NCBI GenBank assembly: GCA_963662405.2
Contig: CAXXKT010000001.1
Span: 2,592,001-2,656,000 of the forward strand
Length of the DNA stretch: 64,000 bases
Direction: 5' to 3'
Source: Syntrophales bacterium
Lineage (GTDB): Bacteria > Desulfobacterota > Syntrophia > Syntrophales > UBA2210
Of this stretch, positions 13,493 to 23,998 are shown piece by piece. Each line of letters opens with the position of its first letter. The first letter of the stretch is position 1. The position numbers and the translations under genes are program-made. The notes under the pieces are model-generated. The model was not told the origin of the DNA, made no database searches, and saw only the letters and a program-made list of their open reading frames with translations.

Positions 13493-14194
13493 ATGGTGAT
13501 GGCTGCCGCAATTATCGTCGCCGGCGGTTCCGGAAAACGGATGCCGGGTGACCGTCCCAAACAGTATCTCTCTCTGGCCGACGTCCCCATTTTGGCCCGG
13601 ACCCTGATCACCTTCGAAAAGACCCCATCGGTAGGCAGAATCATCGTTGTCGCCCCCCAAAGAGACATCAGCTATGTGCGTGACCAGATCATCGGGACAT
13701 ATCATATCGTCAAGGCTCGCCGGATTCTGGCCGGTGGCGGGGAACGGCAGGATTCCGTGCGCAACGGGCTGAAGATGATCGACGACAGGGATGATGTCGT
13801 TCTTATCCACGACGGCGTCAGGCCCCTTGTCACACGGGACCTGATAGAACGCTCCATCCGCGAGGCCGAGCGAAGCGGTGCGGTGATCCCGGTTATACCT
13901 GTTACGGATACGGTCAAGATGGTCGATGAAAGGGGCGTTGTATCGAATACGCCGGACCGGAACGGCCTGCGGCTGGTCCAGACGCCTCAGGCATTCAGGA
14001 GAGAGATTATCCTTGATGCGTACGAACGAGCGTATCAAGAGGGTTATTACGGCACGGATGACGCCTCTCTGGTGGAACGGATGGGCGGACCGGTCCGGAC
14101 GATCCAGGGCATACCATATAATATCAAGATTACCACTCAGGAAGACCTTGTCTTTGCGGAGTGGTTCCTGAAGAAGCGTGAGCCGGAAAGATGA
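13493..14194 (+). CDS. ispD: 2-C-methyl-D-erythritol 4-phosphate cytidylyltransferase
   Basis: AGGSGKRM, PKQY, HDGVRP, QTPQ, TDDASLVE, NIKITT. Confidence 0.96.
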   Translation: MVMAAAIIVAGGSGKRMPGDRPKQYLSLADVPILARTLITFEKTPSVGRIIVVAPQRDISYVRDQIIGTYHIVKARRILAGGGERQDSVRNGLKMIDDRDDVVLIHDGVRPLVTRDLIERSIREAERSGAVIPVIPVTDTVKMVDERGVVSNTPDRNGLRLVQTPQAFRREIILDAYERAYQEGYYGTDDASLVERMGGPVRTIQGIPYNIKITTQEDLVFAEWFLKKREPER

Positions 14195-14682
14195 AAATCG
14201 GATTCGGGTATGACAGCCATCGGTTGGTTGAAGAGCGGCGACTGATCCTGGGAGGAGTGGCCATTCCCTTTAACCGGGGACTCCTCGGTCACTCGGATGC
14301 GGATGTGCTGCTTCACGCCCTTTGCGATGCCATCCTCGGTGCCATTGGTGAAGGCGATATCGGGAGACATTTCCCGGATACCGATCCCGCCTACAAGGGT
14401 ATCTCCAGCAGGGTCCTGCTTGCCAAGGTCAGAGAGTTGGCTGTCCGGAAGGGCTATTCCCTCAATAACGTTGATGCCACCGTTGTCCTGGAGAGACCGC
14501 GATTGAAGGAATTTATCCCCGCCATGGTTTTGAATATCGCCGAGTCGCTGCGGATAGATCCGAAACTCGTGAACGTAAAGGCATCGACCAATGAGGGCAT
14601 GGGCTTTATCGGGAGGGGTGAGGGGATTGCAGCCTTTGCGGTGGTAACCATGAAGGCCGCCGAATCTATATATCACACGTAA
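14191..14682 (+). CDS. ispF: MEcPP synthase
   Basis: IGFGYDSH, GHSDADV, GDIGRHFPD, VNVKASTNE. Confidence 0.96.
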   Translation: MKIGFGYDSHRLVEERRLILGGVAIPFNRGLLGHSDADVLLHALCDAILGAIGEGDIGRHFPDTDPAYKGISSRVLLAKVRELAVRKGYSLNNVDATVVLERPRLKEFIPAMVLNIAESLRIDPKLVNVKASTNEGMGFIGRGEGIAAFAVVTMKAAESIYHT

Positions 14683-14777
14683 CCTGAACAGGTACGGAGA
14701 ATTCCCGTGGCTCGAGAAGTTTCGATCTTGACCGTCTGGTGTGAGGGGTATATAAGCCCCTCAAAACCGTCTGCAGA

Positions 14778-15989
14778 ATGGAGGAGCCAATGAAATACAT
14801 ACAGGATATCGATATTAAAGGGAAAAAGGTGCTGTGCCGGTTTGATTTGAACGTTCCGTTGGATGAGGATCTGAATGTTACCGATGACCGCAGGATCAAG
14901 GCGGTTCTTCCCACTATCAACTACGCGCTGGACGAGGATGCAAAGGTGATCATCATCGCCCACCTCGGCAGACCGAAGGGACAGCGGGTGGAGAACCTCA
15001 GTCTCGCCCCTGTGGCCAAAAGGCTTTCCCGTCTCCTGGGAAAAGAGGTTGCTCTGGCGAGGGACTGTGTCGGTGACGAAGTGGAACGGCTGATTCGTAA
15101 CATGGAACCCCGTGGCGTCCTCATGCTGGAAAATCTGCGATTTCATAAAGAGGAGACGGATAACGACAGTGACTTCGCGAAACGGCTCTCCCAACATGCC
15201 GATGTCTACGTTGATGATGCCTTCGGCAATGCCCACCGATCGCATGCCTCCAATGTGGGGATCACAAAATATGCGAAGGTCTGTTGCGCCGGTTTTCTGA
15301 TGAAGAAGGAGCTGAACTATTTCAGTACCACCCTGGAAGATCCCTATCGCCCCTTCGTTGCTATTGTTGGCGGGTTGAAGGTGTCGGGGAAGCTGGAGGC
15401 ACTTGCCAATCTCATCAAGAGGGTGGACAAGATGATCGTCGGCGGGGGGATGGCGTTTACCTTCCTCAAGGCGATGGGGTACGAAGTGGGGACCTCGATT
15501 GTCGAAGATAACCTGCTCAGCACAGCGCGGCGGAGTATCAAGGTTGCCAAGGAAAATGGCGTCAAGTTGTACTTCCCCGTTGATTGCGTGATCGCCGAGA
15601 AGGCCGATCCGAAGGCGGTGACAAAGATCGTCCCGATCCAGGAAATCGACCCGAATTGGATGGGACTTGATATCGGTCCCGCGACGATCGCCCTGTTCCG
15701 TGAAGTCATCAGCAACGCGAAGACGATTATGTGGAACGGTCCCATGGGGGTCTTTGAAATCGATGCATTCAGTATGGGGACCTTCTCCCTGGTCCATGCC
15801 GTCGCACAGTCTCATGCGTTGACCATCGTCGGCGGGGGAGATACGGATCTCGCGGTCCACCGGACGGGGGAGAGTGATTACATCACCTACATATCCACCG
15901 GGGGCGGGGCATCCCTGGAGCTTCTGGAAGGGAAAAAACTCCCGGCGGTCGAGGCACTGTTCAAGTGCGAAAAGAAGATGAAAAAATAA
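14778..15989 (+). CDS. pgk: Phosphoglycerate kinase
   Basis: RFDLNVP, HLGRP, LENLRF, WNGPMGVFE, ISTGGGASLE. Confidence 0.97.
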   Translation: MEEPMKYIQDIDIKGKKVLCRFDLNVPLDEDLNVTDDRRIKAVLPTINYALDEDAKVIIIAHLGRPKGQRVENLSLAPVAKRLSRLLGKEVALARDCVGDEVERLIRNMEPRGVLMLENLRFHKEETDNDSDFAKRLSQHADVYVDDAFGNAHRSHASNVGITKYAKVCCAGFLMKKELNYFSTTLEDPYRPFVAIVGGLKVSGKLEALANLIKRVDKMIVGGGMAFTFLKAMGYEVGTSIVEDNLLSTARRSIKVAKENGVKLYFPVDCVIAEKADPKAVTKIVPIQEIDPNWMGLDIGPATIALFREVISNAKTIMWNGPMGVFEIDAFSMGTFSLVHAVAQSHALTIVGGGDTDLAVHRTGESDYITYISTGGGASLELLEGKKLPAVEALFKCEKKMKK

Positions 15990-15996
15990 GGTCCCT

Positions 15997-16737
15997 GTGC
16001 GCATGAGAAATATCATGCTTGTCTGTGAATATGACGGAATTGCTTACCACGGCTGGCAGATACAGCCCAACGGTATCAGTATCCAGGAGGTGCTCGAAGA
16101 GAAGATCGGCATGATCATACAGGAGAAGGTGCGACTGGCGGCTTCGGGGCGAACGGACGCCGGTGTTCATGCCCTCAATCAGGTGGCGAACTTTCGAACG
16201 AAGTCTCACCTTAATTGCGAGAATCTCCTCCGTGGGATCAACAGTCTCCTCCCGGCGGATATCGCCGTCAAGGTCCTCCGAGACGTGGCAGACGATTTTC
16301 ATGCACGGTACAGCGCCACAAGCAAGATGTACGTATACCACATCCTCAACGGTCCCGTCAGGAGTGCCCTCCAAAGGAACTATTCCTGGCACGTGCGCGC
16401 TCCCCTTGACGTGGCCGCAATGCGGGAAGCGGCACAGGTCTTGAAGGGAACCCACGATTTTACATCATTCTGCGCCGCCGGAGGGGATGCCCGTGATCAC
16501 GTCCGGACGGTGACGGATCTGTCCCTGGAGATGATCGACGGGATGATGATTTTTGCGATAGAGGCGAACGGTTTTCTCCGGTACATGGTGCGAAACATCG
16601 TCGGTCTTCTTGTTGATGTGGGGAAAGGAACCCGTACTCCCCCTGATTTCGAAGAAGTTTTAGCAGCCAGGGACAGAAAGAGGGCCGGAATCACGGCCCC
16701 TCCGCAGGGGTTGTTCCTCAAGGAGGTCAGATATTGA
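15997..16737 (+). CDS. truA: tRNA pseudouridine(38-40) synthase
   Basis: YDG..YHGWQ, SGRTDAGVHA, FLRYMVRNIVG. Confidence 0.96.
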   Translation: MRMRNIMLVCEYDGIAYHGWQIQPNGISIQEVLEEKIGMIIQEKVRLAASGRTDAGVHALNQVANFRTKSHLNCENLLRGINSLLPADIAVKVLRDVADDFHARYSATSKMYVYHILNGPVRSALQRNYSWHVRAPLDVAAMREAAQVLKGTHDFTSFCAAGGDARDHVRTVTDLSLEMIDGMMIFAIEANGFLRYMVRNIVGLLVDVGKGTRTPPDFEEVLAARDRKRAGITAPPQGLFLKEVRY

Positions 16738-17579
16738 TGAAGATACTGGTATTGGGATGCAACGGGATGCTGGGGCATGATTTGATGGCTGAATTCGGCG
16801 GGGTGCACGACGTTACCGGGAAAGACATCGAAGATTTCGATATCACCTCACCTGCGGATTGTCGAGACCTTATCGGACAGGCGAAGGCTGATATTGTCGT
16901 CAATGCGGCAGCATACACCAATGTCGACGGCTGCGAGGCGGACGAAGCCGGATCTTTGGCCGTCAACGCCGCCGGGGTAAAGAACGTGGCTAAGGCCTGC
17001 CGGGAGTATGAGGCTCAGCTGGTTCACTTCAGCACCGACTATGTCTTCGATGGAACAAAGGACTCCCCCTATCTTGAAGACGATCCCTGCAACCCCGTCA
17101 GTGCCTATGGAAGAGGCAAACTGATGGGAGAGGAATATCTCAGAAAGATAACGGACAACTATCTGATCATACGGACCGCATGGTTGTACGGGAGGCATGG
17201 AAAAAACTTTGTCGCGGCGATAGTGCAAAGAGCCGAGGAAACGGGAAGGCTGGAGGTCGTCGATGACCAGACCGGTTCCCCCACCTATACCGTGGACCTG
17301 GCGGCGGCGGTGCGGATTCTGATCGAGGGAGACCATCGAGGTATCTTCCACGTCACCAACCGCGGGTCTTGCACGTGGTTCGAATTTGCCAAAAAGATAA
17401 TCGAATACAAGGGGATGAATGATGTCAGTATCACCCCAATCCGGTCGGCACAGCTCGACAGGGCTGCGCACCGCCCGTCGTATTCCGTTTTCAGCTGCCG
17501 GAAATTCGCCGACGTGACTTCCCGGACGATGCGGTTCTGGCAGATAGCGCTGAAGGATTATATTGCCCGGATGAGCTGA
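16734..17579 (+). CDS. rfbD: dTDP-4-dehydrorhamnose reductase
   Basis: GCNGMLG, NAAAYT, STDYVFDG, YGRGK, DQTGSPT. Confidence 0.94.
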   Translation: MMKILVLGCNGMLGHDLMAEFGGVHDVTGKDIEDFDITSPADCRDLIGQAKADIVVNAAAYTNVDGCEADEAGSLAVNAAGVKNVAKACREYEAQLVHFSTDYVFDGTKDSPYLEDDPCNPVSAYGRGKLMGEEYLRKITDNYLIIRTAWLYGRHGKNFVAAIVQRAEETGRLEVVDDQTGSPTYTVDLAAAVRILIEGDHRGIFHVTNRGSCTWFEFAKKIIEYKGMNDVSITPIRSAQLDRAAHRPSYSVFSCRKFADVTSRTMRFWQIALKDYIARMS

Positions 17580-17589
17580 AGGGGCGACG

Positions 17590-18390
17590 ATGACTGCTCC
17601 GCTCGGAAACAACCTCGGGAGAGTACATCCCATACCGAATACGGGTTTTGCCCGGGCCTATCTCATCGAGGGCAAGGAAGGACTCCTGGCCGTTGATGTG
17701 GGGAGCGTCGGGTGCGCGAAGGATATCGCCGATTATGTCACTCGTGTCATGAAGCGGCCCTTGGACGATCTGCTCTACATTACCGCGACACACTTCCACA
17801 TAGACCATATCGGGGGGATTGGTCACCTCCTCGCGATCTGTCCGCCGCGGACGCGGGTCCTATTCCACGCCCTGGTGAACGATTACCTGACGGGGGGAAA
17901 AAAGATATCCTTGATCAGGAACTGGCTGGTGGGTCTTACCCCGGCGACGGTGGTGAGCACCCGTTATCTCAGAAGACTTTCGCACCTGATCGTTGAGAGC
18001 CTGACGGGGATCCCCCTCCCGGGGCTGAGGTCGATCATACGGTTCCCCGTCGGCCCCGACAGGATCGATTATTTCGGAGGCGAGGGGGAACGGATCTCCT
18101 CTCTGAATGATTTCGGCTTCGAGGGGTGGGAGACATTGCTGACCCCCGGTCATACGGAAGATTCCCTCTGTTTCTTCAACAAGGCGACGGGTGAGCTGCT
18201 GTCGGGAGACCTGATCATCAATATATCGAAGGACGGGAGGGGTGAACTGAACCGTTTTCACTGGCGGGGAGACCTGATCAGGAAATCGTATGTCTCCCTG
18301 CGCGGCACCATCGACCCGGCGATTATCTATCCCGGCCACGGCGAGGTGATAACCGGGGCCGATCCCCTCCTGCACGTCAAGACCTTCTAG
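17590..18390 (+). CDS. MBL-fold metallo-hydrolase
   Basis: THFHIDHIGG, TPGHT, SGD, PGHG. Confidence 0.88.
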   Translation: MTAPLGNNLGRVHPIPNTGFARAYLIEGKEGLLAVDVGSVGCAKDIADYVTRVMKRPLDDLLYITATHFHIDHIGGIGHLLAICPPRTRVLFHALVNDYLTGGKKISLIRNWLVGLTPATVVSTRYLRRLSHLIVESLTGIPLPGLRSIIRFPVGPDRIDYFGGEGERISSLNDFGFEGWETLLTPGHTEDSLCFFNKATGELLSGDLIINISKDGRGELNRFHWRGDLIRKSYVSLRGTIDPAIIYPGHGEVITGADPLLHVKTF

Positions 18391-18533
18391 CCCTGCCACC
18401 GGGTGCGGTGCGGTATGGCCGTATCTGTTTCTGATCGAGGCGAAGATCTCCCTGAAGCGGCACTTTTTTACTTTTTCCCTTGATCTTTTCGTGGTATCCG
18501 TTGTGTCTCAGAGTCAGGAGAGAGGAGCTGCGC

Positions 18534-20345
18534 ATGGAGGGGAAGATCGTTGTCATGCCCGAGGAACTGTCCAACCGGATAGCTGCGGGAGAGGTGGTCG
18601 AAAGACCCGCTTCCATCGTCAAGGAGTTGATCGAAAACTCCCTTGATGCGGGGGCGACCGATATCCTGGTTGAGTTGGAAGGGGGGGGGAAAAGATCGAT
18701 CAAGATCGTTGACAACGGCGGGGGGATCGACCGGGCCGATGTGCTCCTTGCCTTTGAACGGCACGCCACGAGTAAAGTGTATACCTTTGACGATATCTCC
18801 CGGATCCTTTCTTTCGGGTTTCGTGGGGAGGCAATTGCGAGCATCGCATCCATAGCCCGAATCGAGATGCTGACGAGGCGTACCGGGGCGCCGTCGGGGA
18901 CACGGGCGATAGTCCGGGGAGGACGGATGGAAGAGGTTATCGATGCTGGTTGTCCGGTCGGGACGTCGGTCCTGGTCAGCGATATTTTCCACTCCACACC
19001 GGCCCGGAAAAAGTTCATGAAAGGAGATTCCACCGAGCAGGCTCATTGCATAGACACCGTCGTGCGATTTGCCCTCTCCAACCCGGGGGTTAAAATCCGA
19101 GTCGTCGCGAATGGAAGAAGTGTGCTCAATGTCCCGCGGACCAACAACCTGCCCGACCGGATCTCCCTTGTCTTCGGGGAGGATTATGGGAGACACACCC
19201 TCAAGGTGGACGGGCACCGGGACGGGATTACACTCAGCGGTGTCATTTCCATGCCTGATCATACGCGATCGAACACGAAAGGACAGTTCTATTTTGTCAA
19301 TGGCCGGTTCATCAGGGATAGACTCCTGAATCATTCCGTCCTTACCACGTACCGTCGTTTGATAGAACCCCGGAGGTTTCCGTACGTAGTCCTCTTTATA
19401 GAGATGCCGATGGAGGATGTCGATGTCAATGTTCACCCCGCCAAGATGGAGGTACGCTTCAAGAATCCTTCCGCAATATATAGCCTTATCAGGGAGACCC
19501 TGGAGAGGACTCTCTCCGGTACGCCGGTCGTCATCCCTGATACGGGGGGGCCGTATCAGGGTCGTGACGTCGGGGAATACCGCCAAAGGGTTGGAGAGAC
19601 TCTCAAACAATACACCCTCCAAAAGGGGGCCGAGAAGAGGTCTTTTGATATTGCGGTCCCGCGGAGACCTGACTCGAAAGAGACACCGAAGTGCTCTACC
19701 GGGAGGGAGGAAAGGACCGGGCAGGCACCTTTGTTTGCTGAGCGTATCGTCTCCGGAGAGACGGTATCCTTTTCCTCCCTGACTTACTTGGGTCAGATTG
19801 CCGGCACCTATCTTGTTTTTGCGTCGGAGAGCGCCCTTATCCTTATGGATCAACACGCCGCCCACGAGCGGGTTCTTTTCGAGAAATTGAAGAGCAACCG
19901 GGGGGGAGAGGTGGCGGCCCAGGGACTCCTGATCCCCGAAATCGTGACCCTGCGTCCCGGTCGCATCGAACTCCTGATGGGACTTGTCGACCTGCTGCAG
20001 GGGCTGGGACTCGGTGTGGAGACCTATGGGGAAAACACGATCATCGTGAAACAGGTCCCCGCTTTTTTGTCGGGGTGCAATCTCGAAGAGCTGGTTTCCG
20101 ATGTCATAGAAGAGATCGAAGATACGGGGAAAACCCACCACCTTGACGAGGTGCGTGACACAATCCTTACCCTTATGGCGTGTAAAGGTGCCGTGAAGGC
20201 CGGCAGCATTCTCACTGAACAGGAAGTCACGGCGTTGTGCCGGGACCTGGATGCGATCCCCTTTTCTGCAACCTGTCCCCATGGCAGGCCGCTCTATACC
20301 GTGACCGGCCTGCGAGACCTGGAGAGGATATTCAAACGAAGATGA
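18534..20345 (+). CDS. mutL: DNA mismatch repair endonuclease MutL
   Basis: IAAGEVVERPAS, RHATSK, GFRGEA, DQHAAHER, ACK, CPHGRP. Confidence 0.97.
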   Translation: MEGKIVVMPEELSNRIAAGEVVERPASIVKELIENSLDAGATDILVELEGGGKRSIKIVDNGGGIDRADVLLAFERHATSKVYTFDDISRILSFGFRGEAIASIASIARIEMLTRRTGAPSGTRAIVRGGRMEEVIDAGCPVGTSVLVSDIFHSTPARKKFMKGDSTEQAHCIDTVVRFALSNPGVKIRVVANGRSVLNVPRTNNLPDRISLVFGEDYGRHTLKVDGHRDGITLSGVISMPDHTRSNTKGQFYFVNGRFIRDRLLNHSVLTTYRRLIEPRRFPYVVLFIEMPMEDVDVNVHPAKMEVRFKNPSAIYSLIRETLERTLSGTPVVIPDTGGPYQGRDVGEYRQRVGETLKQYTLQKGAEKRSFDIAVPRRPDSKETPKCSTGREERTGQAPLFAERIVSGETVSFSSLTYLGQIAGTYLVFASESALILMDQHAAHERVLFEKLKSNRGGEVAAQGLLIPEIVTLRPGRIELLMGLVDLLQGLGLGVETYGENTIIVKQVPAFLSGCNLEELVSDVIEEIEDTGKTHHLDEVRDTILTLMACKGAVKAGSILTEQEVTALCRDLDAIPFSATCPHGRPLYTVTGLRDLERIFKRR

Positions 20346-21304
20346 CCGCGCATATCACGCTTTCTCCGAGGGGAGATCCTCTCCGGCGACCGTTCCTTAC
20401 CATCATTGCCGGCCCCACCGCGGTGGGGAAAACCGGGCTGGCGATCAGTCTGGCCGAGCGCTGTGGCGGAGAGATCATCAGTGCCGATTCGATGCAGGTC
20501 TATCGATACCTGGATATCGGTACCGCCAAACCGACCCCGGAAGAACAGAGGCGGGTGCCCCATCACCTGATCGATGTCGTCGATCCTGACGGGGAATTCA
20601 ATGCGGCGATGTTTGTCAACCGGGTTGACACGATAATACAGGCCCTTTACCAGGAAAGGAAGAGAATTTTTGTAGTAGGGGGGACGGGGCTGTATCTGGA
20701 TGCCCTGACGGGAGGTCTCCTCAGGGCCCCCGGCGCCGACGGAGAGCTTCGGGACCGTTACCGGGAAGAAACAACTCGATACGGGAAGGGGTATCTGTAT
20801 GAACGCCTGAAGCGAGTCGACCCGGCCGCGGCACGGGTGATACATCCGAATGACCGGATCAGGACGATCCGGGCCCTTGAGGTGATGGAGCAAACCGGGC
20901 AATCCATCATCGAGATCCGGGAGGCTCACCGGTTTGAAGACCACGCGTATGACTATATAAAGATAGGACTCACCGTCGACCGTGATGCCCTGTATGAACG
21001 AATCAACACGCGGGTGGACCGCATGGTCGCGGATGGGCTGGTTGCCGAAGGAAGACGTGTCCTGGAGAGGGGATATGACGAGGAAAATCTCCCCCTCCGG
21101 GCGATGACCTACCGCCACCTCGTCTCCCATATCCGGGGGAATTTGACTCATGATGATATGGTAAGATTGATTAAACGCGACACGAGACACTATGCGAGGC
21201 GTCAATTGACGTGGTTTCGGCGCGACGGGGATATCAAATGGTTTGCCCCCGGGGACGAAAATATGATAAGCAGATCAGTCGAATCACGGGTGCCGGAGCG
21301 GTGA
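20342..21304 (+). CDS. miaA: tRNA dimethylallyltransferase
   Basis: GPTAVGKT, ADSMQVY, DIGTAKP, GGTGLY, YARRQLTWF. Confidence 0.96.
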   Translation: MTAHITLSPRGDPLRRPFLTIIAGPTAVGKTGLAISLAERCGGEIISADSMQVYRYLDIGTAKPTPEEQRRVPHHLIDVVDPDGEFNAAMFVNRVDTIIQALYQERKRIFVVGGTGLYLDALTGGLLRAPGADGELRDRYREETTRYGKGYLYERLKRVDPAAARVIHPNDRIRTIRALEVMEQTGQSIIEIREAHRFEDHAYDYIKIGLTVDRDALYERINTRVDRMVADGLVAEGRRVLERGYDEENLPLRAMTYRHLVSHIRGNLTHDDMVRLIKRDTRHYARRQLTWFRRDGDIKWFAPGDENMISRSVESRVPER

Positions 21305-21346
21305 GTTGCCTCGGTTCCCAACTCAAAACGGAGATAAGGACGTATT

Positions 21347-23998
21347 ATGGGCAGAGAAGAATTGAGCAAGGCATATGATGCTCGAGATGTCGAAGATAAG
21401 TGGTACCAACGCTGGCTCGAAGCGGATCTCTTTCATGCTGAGGATACAAGTGACAAGAAGCCTTTTTCCATCGTTATTCCCCCACCGAACGTCACCGGGA
21501 TTCTCCATATCGGTCATGCGCTGAACAATACCCTCCAGGACATAATCGTCCGGTACAAGAGGATGCAGGGATACAATACCCTCTGGATGCCCGGGACCGA
21601 TCATGCGGGGATCGCCACCCAGAATGTGGTGGAGCAGGGCCTGACCCGTGAGGGGAAATCACGGCACGATATCGGGAGAGAAGAATTTATTGAGCGGGTT
21701 TGGGAATGGCGGAAAAAGTACGGTGGCGTCATCATCAATCAGCTTCACAAATTGGGATGTTCCTGTGACTGGTCACGGGAACGCTTTACCATGGACGAGG
21801 GACTGTCACGGGCGGTGCGCGAGGTCTTTGTCCGGCTTTACGATGACGGGCTCATCTATCAGGATGATTATATCGTGAACTGGTGCCCGCGCTGCCATAC
21901 GGCCATATCCGATCTCGAGGTCGAATACGAAGAGCAAGGGACCAGCCTCTGGCATATCCGATACCCCTATGCCGACGGGGAGGGAGAGATCATCGTGGCC
22001 ACCACCCGTCCGGAGACGATGCTGGGAGATACCGCCGTTGCCGTCAATCCCGACGATGAGCGGTATGCGGACGTTATCGGGAAAGAGGTGATTCTCCCCG
22101 TTGTGAACAAACGGATACCGATCATAGCGGATGACTACGTCTCCAGGGAATTCGGGACCGGTGCGGTGAAGATTACCCCCTCGGCCGACCCCAATGACTT
22201 TGCCATGGCCCAACGCCACAACTTGGAAATAATCACCATCATAGATGGTGACGCCATTATTAATGAAAACGGCGGGGCCTATCAGGGCCAGGACTGTTAC
22301 ACCTGTCGGGAAAATATCGTAGAGGACCTCAAGGCCGGCGGGTATCTGATCAAGACAGAGCCCTATGCGCACAATGTAGGCCGCTGTTATCGGTGCAAGA
22401 CTACCGTAGAGCCGATGGTCTCAAAACAGTGGTTCGTCAAGGTCAAACCGTTGGCCCGGAACGCAATCGCCGCCGTGGTGAAGGGAAAGACCAAGATTGT
22501 TCCCGCCATGTGGGAGGCAACCTATTTCGACTGGATGGACAACATCCGTGACTGGTGTATCTCCCGTCAGATCTGGTGGGGGCACCGGATACCGGTGTGG
22601 TATTGCGATGGGTGCGGCAAGACGATTGTCGCCACCCAAGATCCCGATGTGTGTCCGGACTGCGGAGGAACTTCTCTGAGGCAGGATGAAGATGTCCTGG
22701 ATACCTGGTTCAGCTCTTCCCTTTGGCCCTTCTCCACCATGGGGTGGCCCGACAAGACACCGGCCCTGGAAACCTTCTATCCCACCTCGCTCCTTATTAC
22801 CGGTTTCGATATTATCTTCTTCTGGGTGGCCCGCATGATGATGATGGGACTCTATGTCATGGGGGATGTCCCCTTTGCGGATGTTTACTTGCATGCCCTG
22901 GTACGCGATGAGAAGGGCGAGAAGATGAGCAAGTCGAAGGGGAACAGCGTAGATCCGCTTGAAATGATAGATAAATATGGGGCCGACGCGGTACGATTCA
23001 CCCTCGCCGCCTTTACCGCGCAGGGGCGGGACGTCAAGATGTCCGAGGAGCGGATCCAGGGATATGGACACTTTATCAACAAGATATGGAACACGGCCCG
23101 CTTTTCTCTCATGAACCTTGAGGGATATGTCGCAGAGGTCCCGGAACGGGAAGCCCTTTCCCTCTGTGACCGGTGGATCAGGGACAGCCTGAATCGTACG
23201 GTGACGGATGTCAGACGATACCTTGACGAATACCGTTTCAATGACGCCGCGGGGAGGATCTATCAGTTCTTCTGGCATGAATTTTGTGACTGGTACCTCG
23301 AGTTGATCAAACCGGCCCTGTATGACAAACAGTCGGAGAAAGAGAAACGGGCTGCGCAGCATACACTCCTGACCGTTTTGAAGACGGCCCTCCAGCTCCT
23401 TCATCCCATCATGCCCTTTGTGACGGAGGAGATATGGCAGCGGTTGACGGAGGATGAAGGGTACATCATGGTAAGCCGGTTCCCCGAACCGGATGGTTCT
23501 TTTGCGGATGGGGCGGCGCGGGAACAGATGGAGCTGATCATGAACACCATCAACACCGTCCGGAATATACGGGGTGTCATGAATATCGGCCCCTCGAAAA
23601 AACTACGTGTCCTCATATCCGTTCCGGATGCCGATCTGTTATCCCTTATGGAAGCGGGGAAGGGGTATATTCAGGATATCGCGAATCTGGATGAACTGGC
23701 GGTGGCGGTCAATGCCCCGGAACCGAAGGGAACAGCGACAGGGGTGATTGGTTCCGTCAGGGTATATGTCTTTCTTGAGGGTGTCGTCGACGTTGCGGCC
23801 GAGAAAAAGCGGCTCGAAAAAGAGATCAAAAAGATCGAGAAAACCCTCTCCTTCGTCTCCAAAAAACTGGGAAACAGGGATTTTGTGGAAAAAGCCTCCC
23901 CGGAGATCGTCGAAAAAGAAGAGACCAAGTTCAGCACCCTGCGGGAGAAGAGCCAGGTGCTCGAAGATGCCCTGGGGCGGCTTCGTGATATGGATTGA
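21347..23998 (+). CDS. valS: Valine--tRNA ligase
   Basis: PPPNVTG, HIGH, DWCISRQ, KMSKS, C-terminal coiled coil. Confidence 0.98.
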   Translation: MGREELSKAYDARDVEDKWYQRWLEADLFHAEDTSDKKPFSIVIPPPNVTGILHIGHALNNTLQDIIVRYKRMQGYNTLWMPGTDHAGIATQNVVEQGLTREGKSRHDIGREEFIERVWEWRKKYGGVIINQLHKLGCSCDWSRERFTMDEGLSRAVREVFVRLYDDGLIYQDDYIVNWCPRCHTAISDLEVEYEEQGTSLWHIRYPYADGEGEIIVATTRPETMLGDTAVAVNPDDERYADVIGKEVILPVVNKRIPIIADDYVSREFGTGAVKITPSADPNDFAMAQRHNLEIITIIDGDAIINENGGAYQGQDCYTCRENIVEDLKAGGYLIKTEPYAHNVGRCYRCKTTVEPMVSKQWFVKVKPLARNAIAAVVKGKTKIVPAMWEATYFDWMDNIRDWCISRQIWWGHRIPVWYCDGCGKTIVATQDPDVCPDCGGTSLRQDEDVLDTWFSSSLWPFSTMGWPDKTPALETFYPTSLLITGFDIIFFWVARMMMMGLYVMGDVPFADVYLHALVRDEKGEKMSKSKGNSVDPLEMIDKYGADAVRFTLAAFTAQGRDVKMSEERIQGYGHFINKIWNTARFSLMNLEGYVAEVPEREALSLCDRWIRDSLNRTVTDVRRYLDEYRFNDAAGRIYQFFWHEFCDWYLELIKPALYDKQSEKEKRAAQHTLLTVLKTALQLLHPIMPFVTEEIWQRLTEDEGYIMVSRFPEPDGSFADGAAREQMELIMNTINTVRNIRGVMNIGPSKKLRVLISVPDADLLSLMEAGKGYIQDIANLDELAVAVNAPEPKGTATGVIGSVRVYVFLEGVVDVAAEKKRLEKEIKKIEKTLSFVSKKLGNRDFVEKASPEIVEKEETKFSTLREKSQVLEDALGRLRDMD

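Noticed and set aside
18468..20282. 604-aa antisense ORF, and similar long shadow ORFs over pgk, ligA, valS, topA and terS
   Set aside because: They lie opposite well-conserved genes in GC-rich DNA and show no recognisable motifs.
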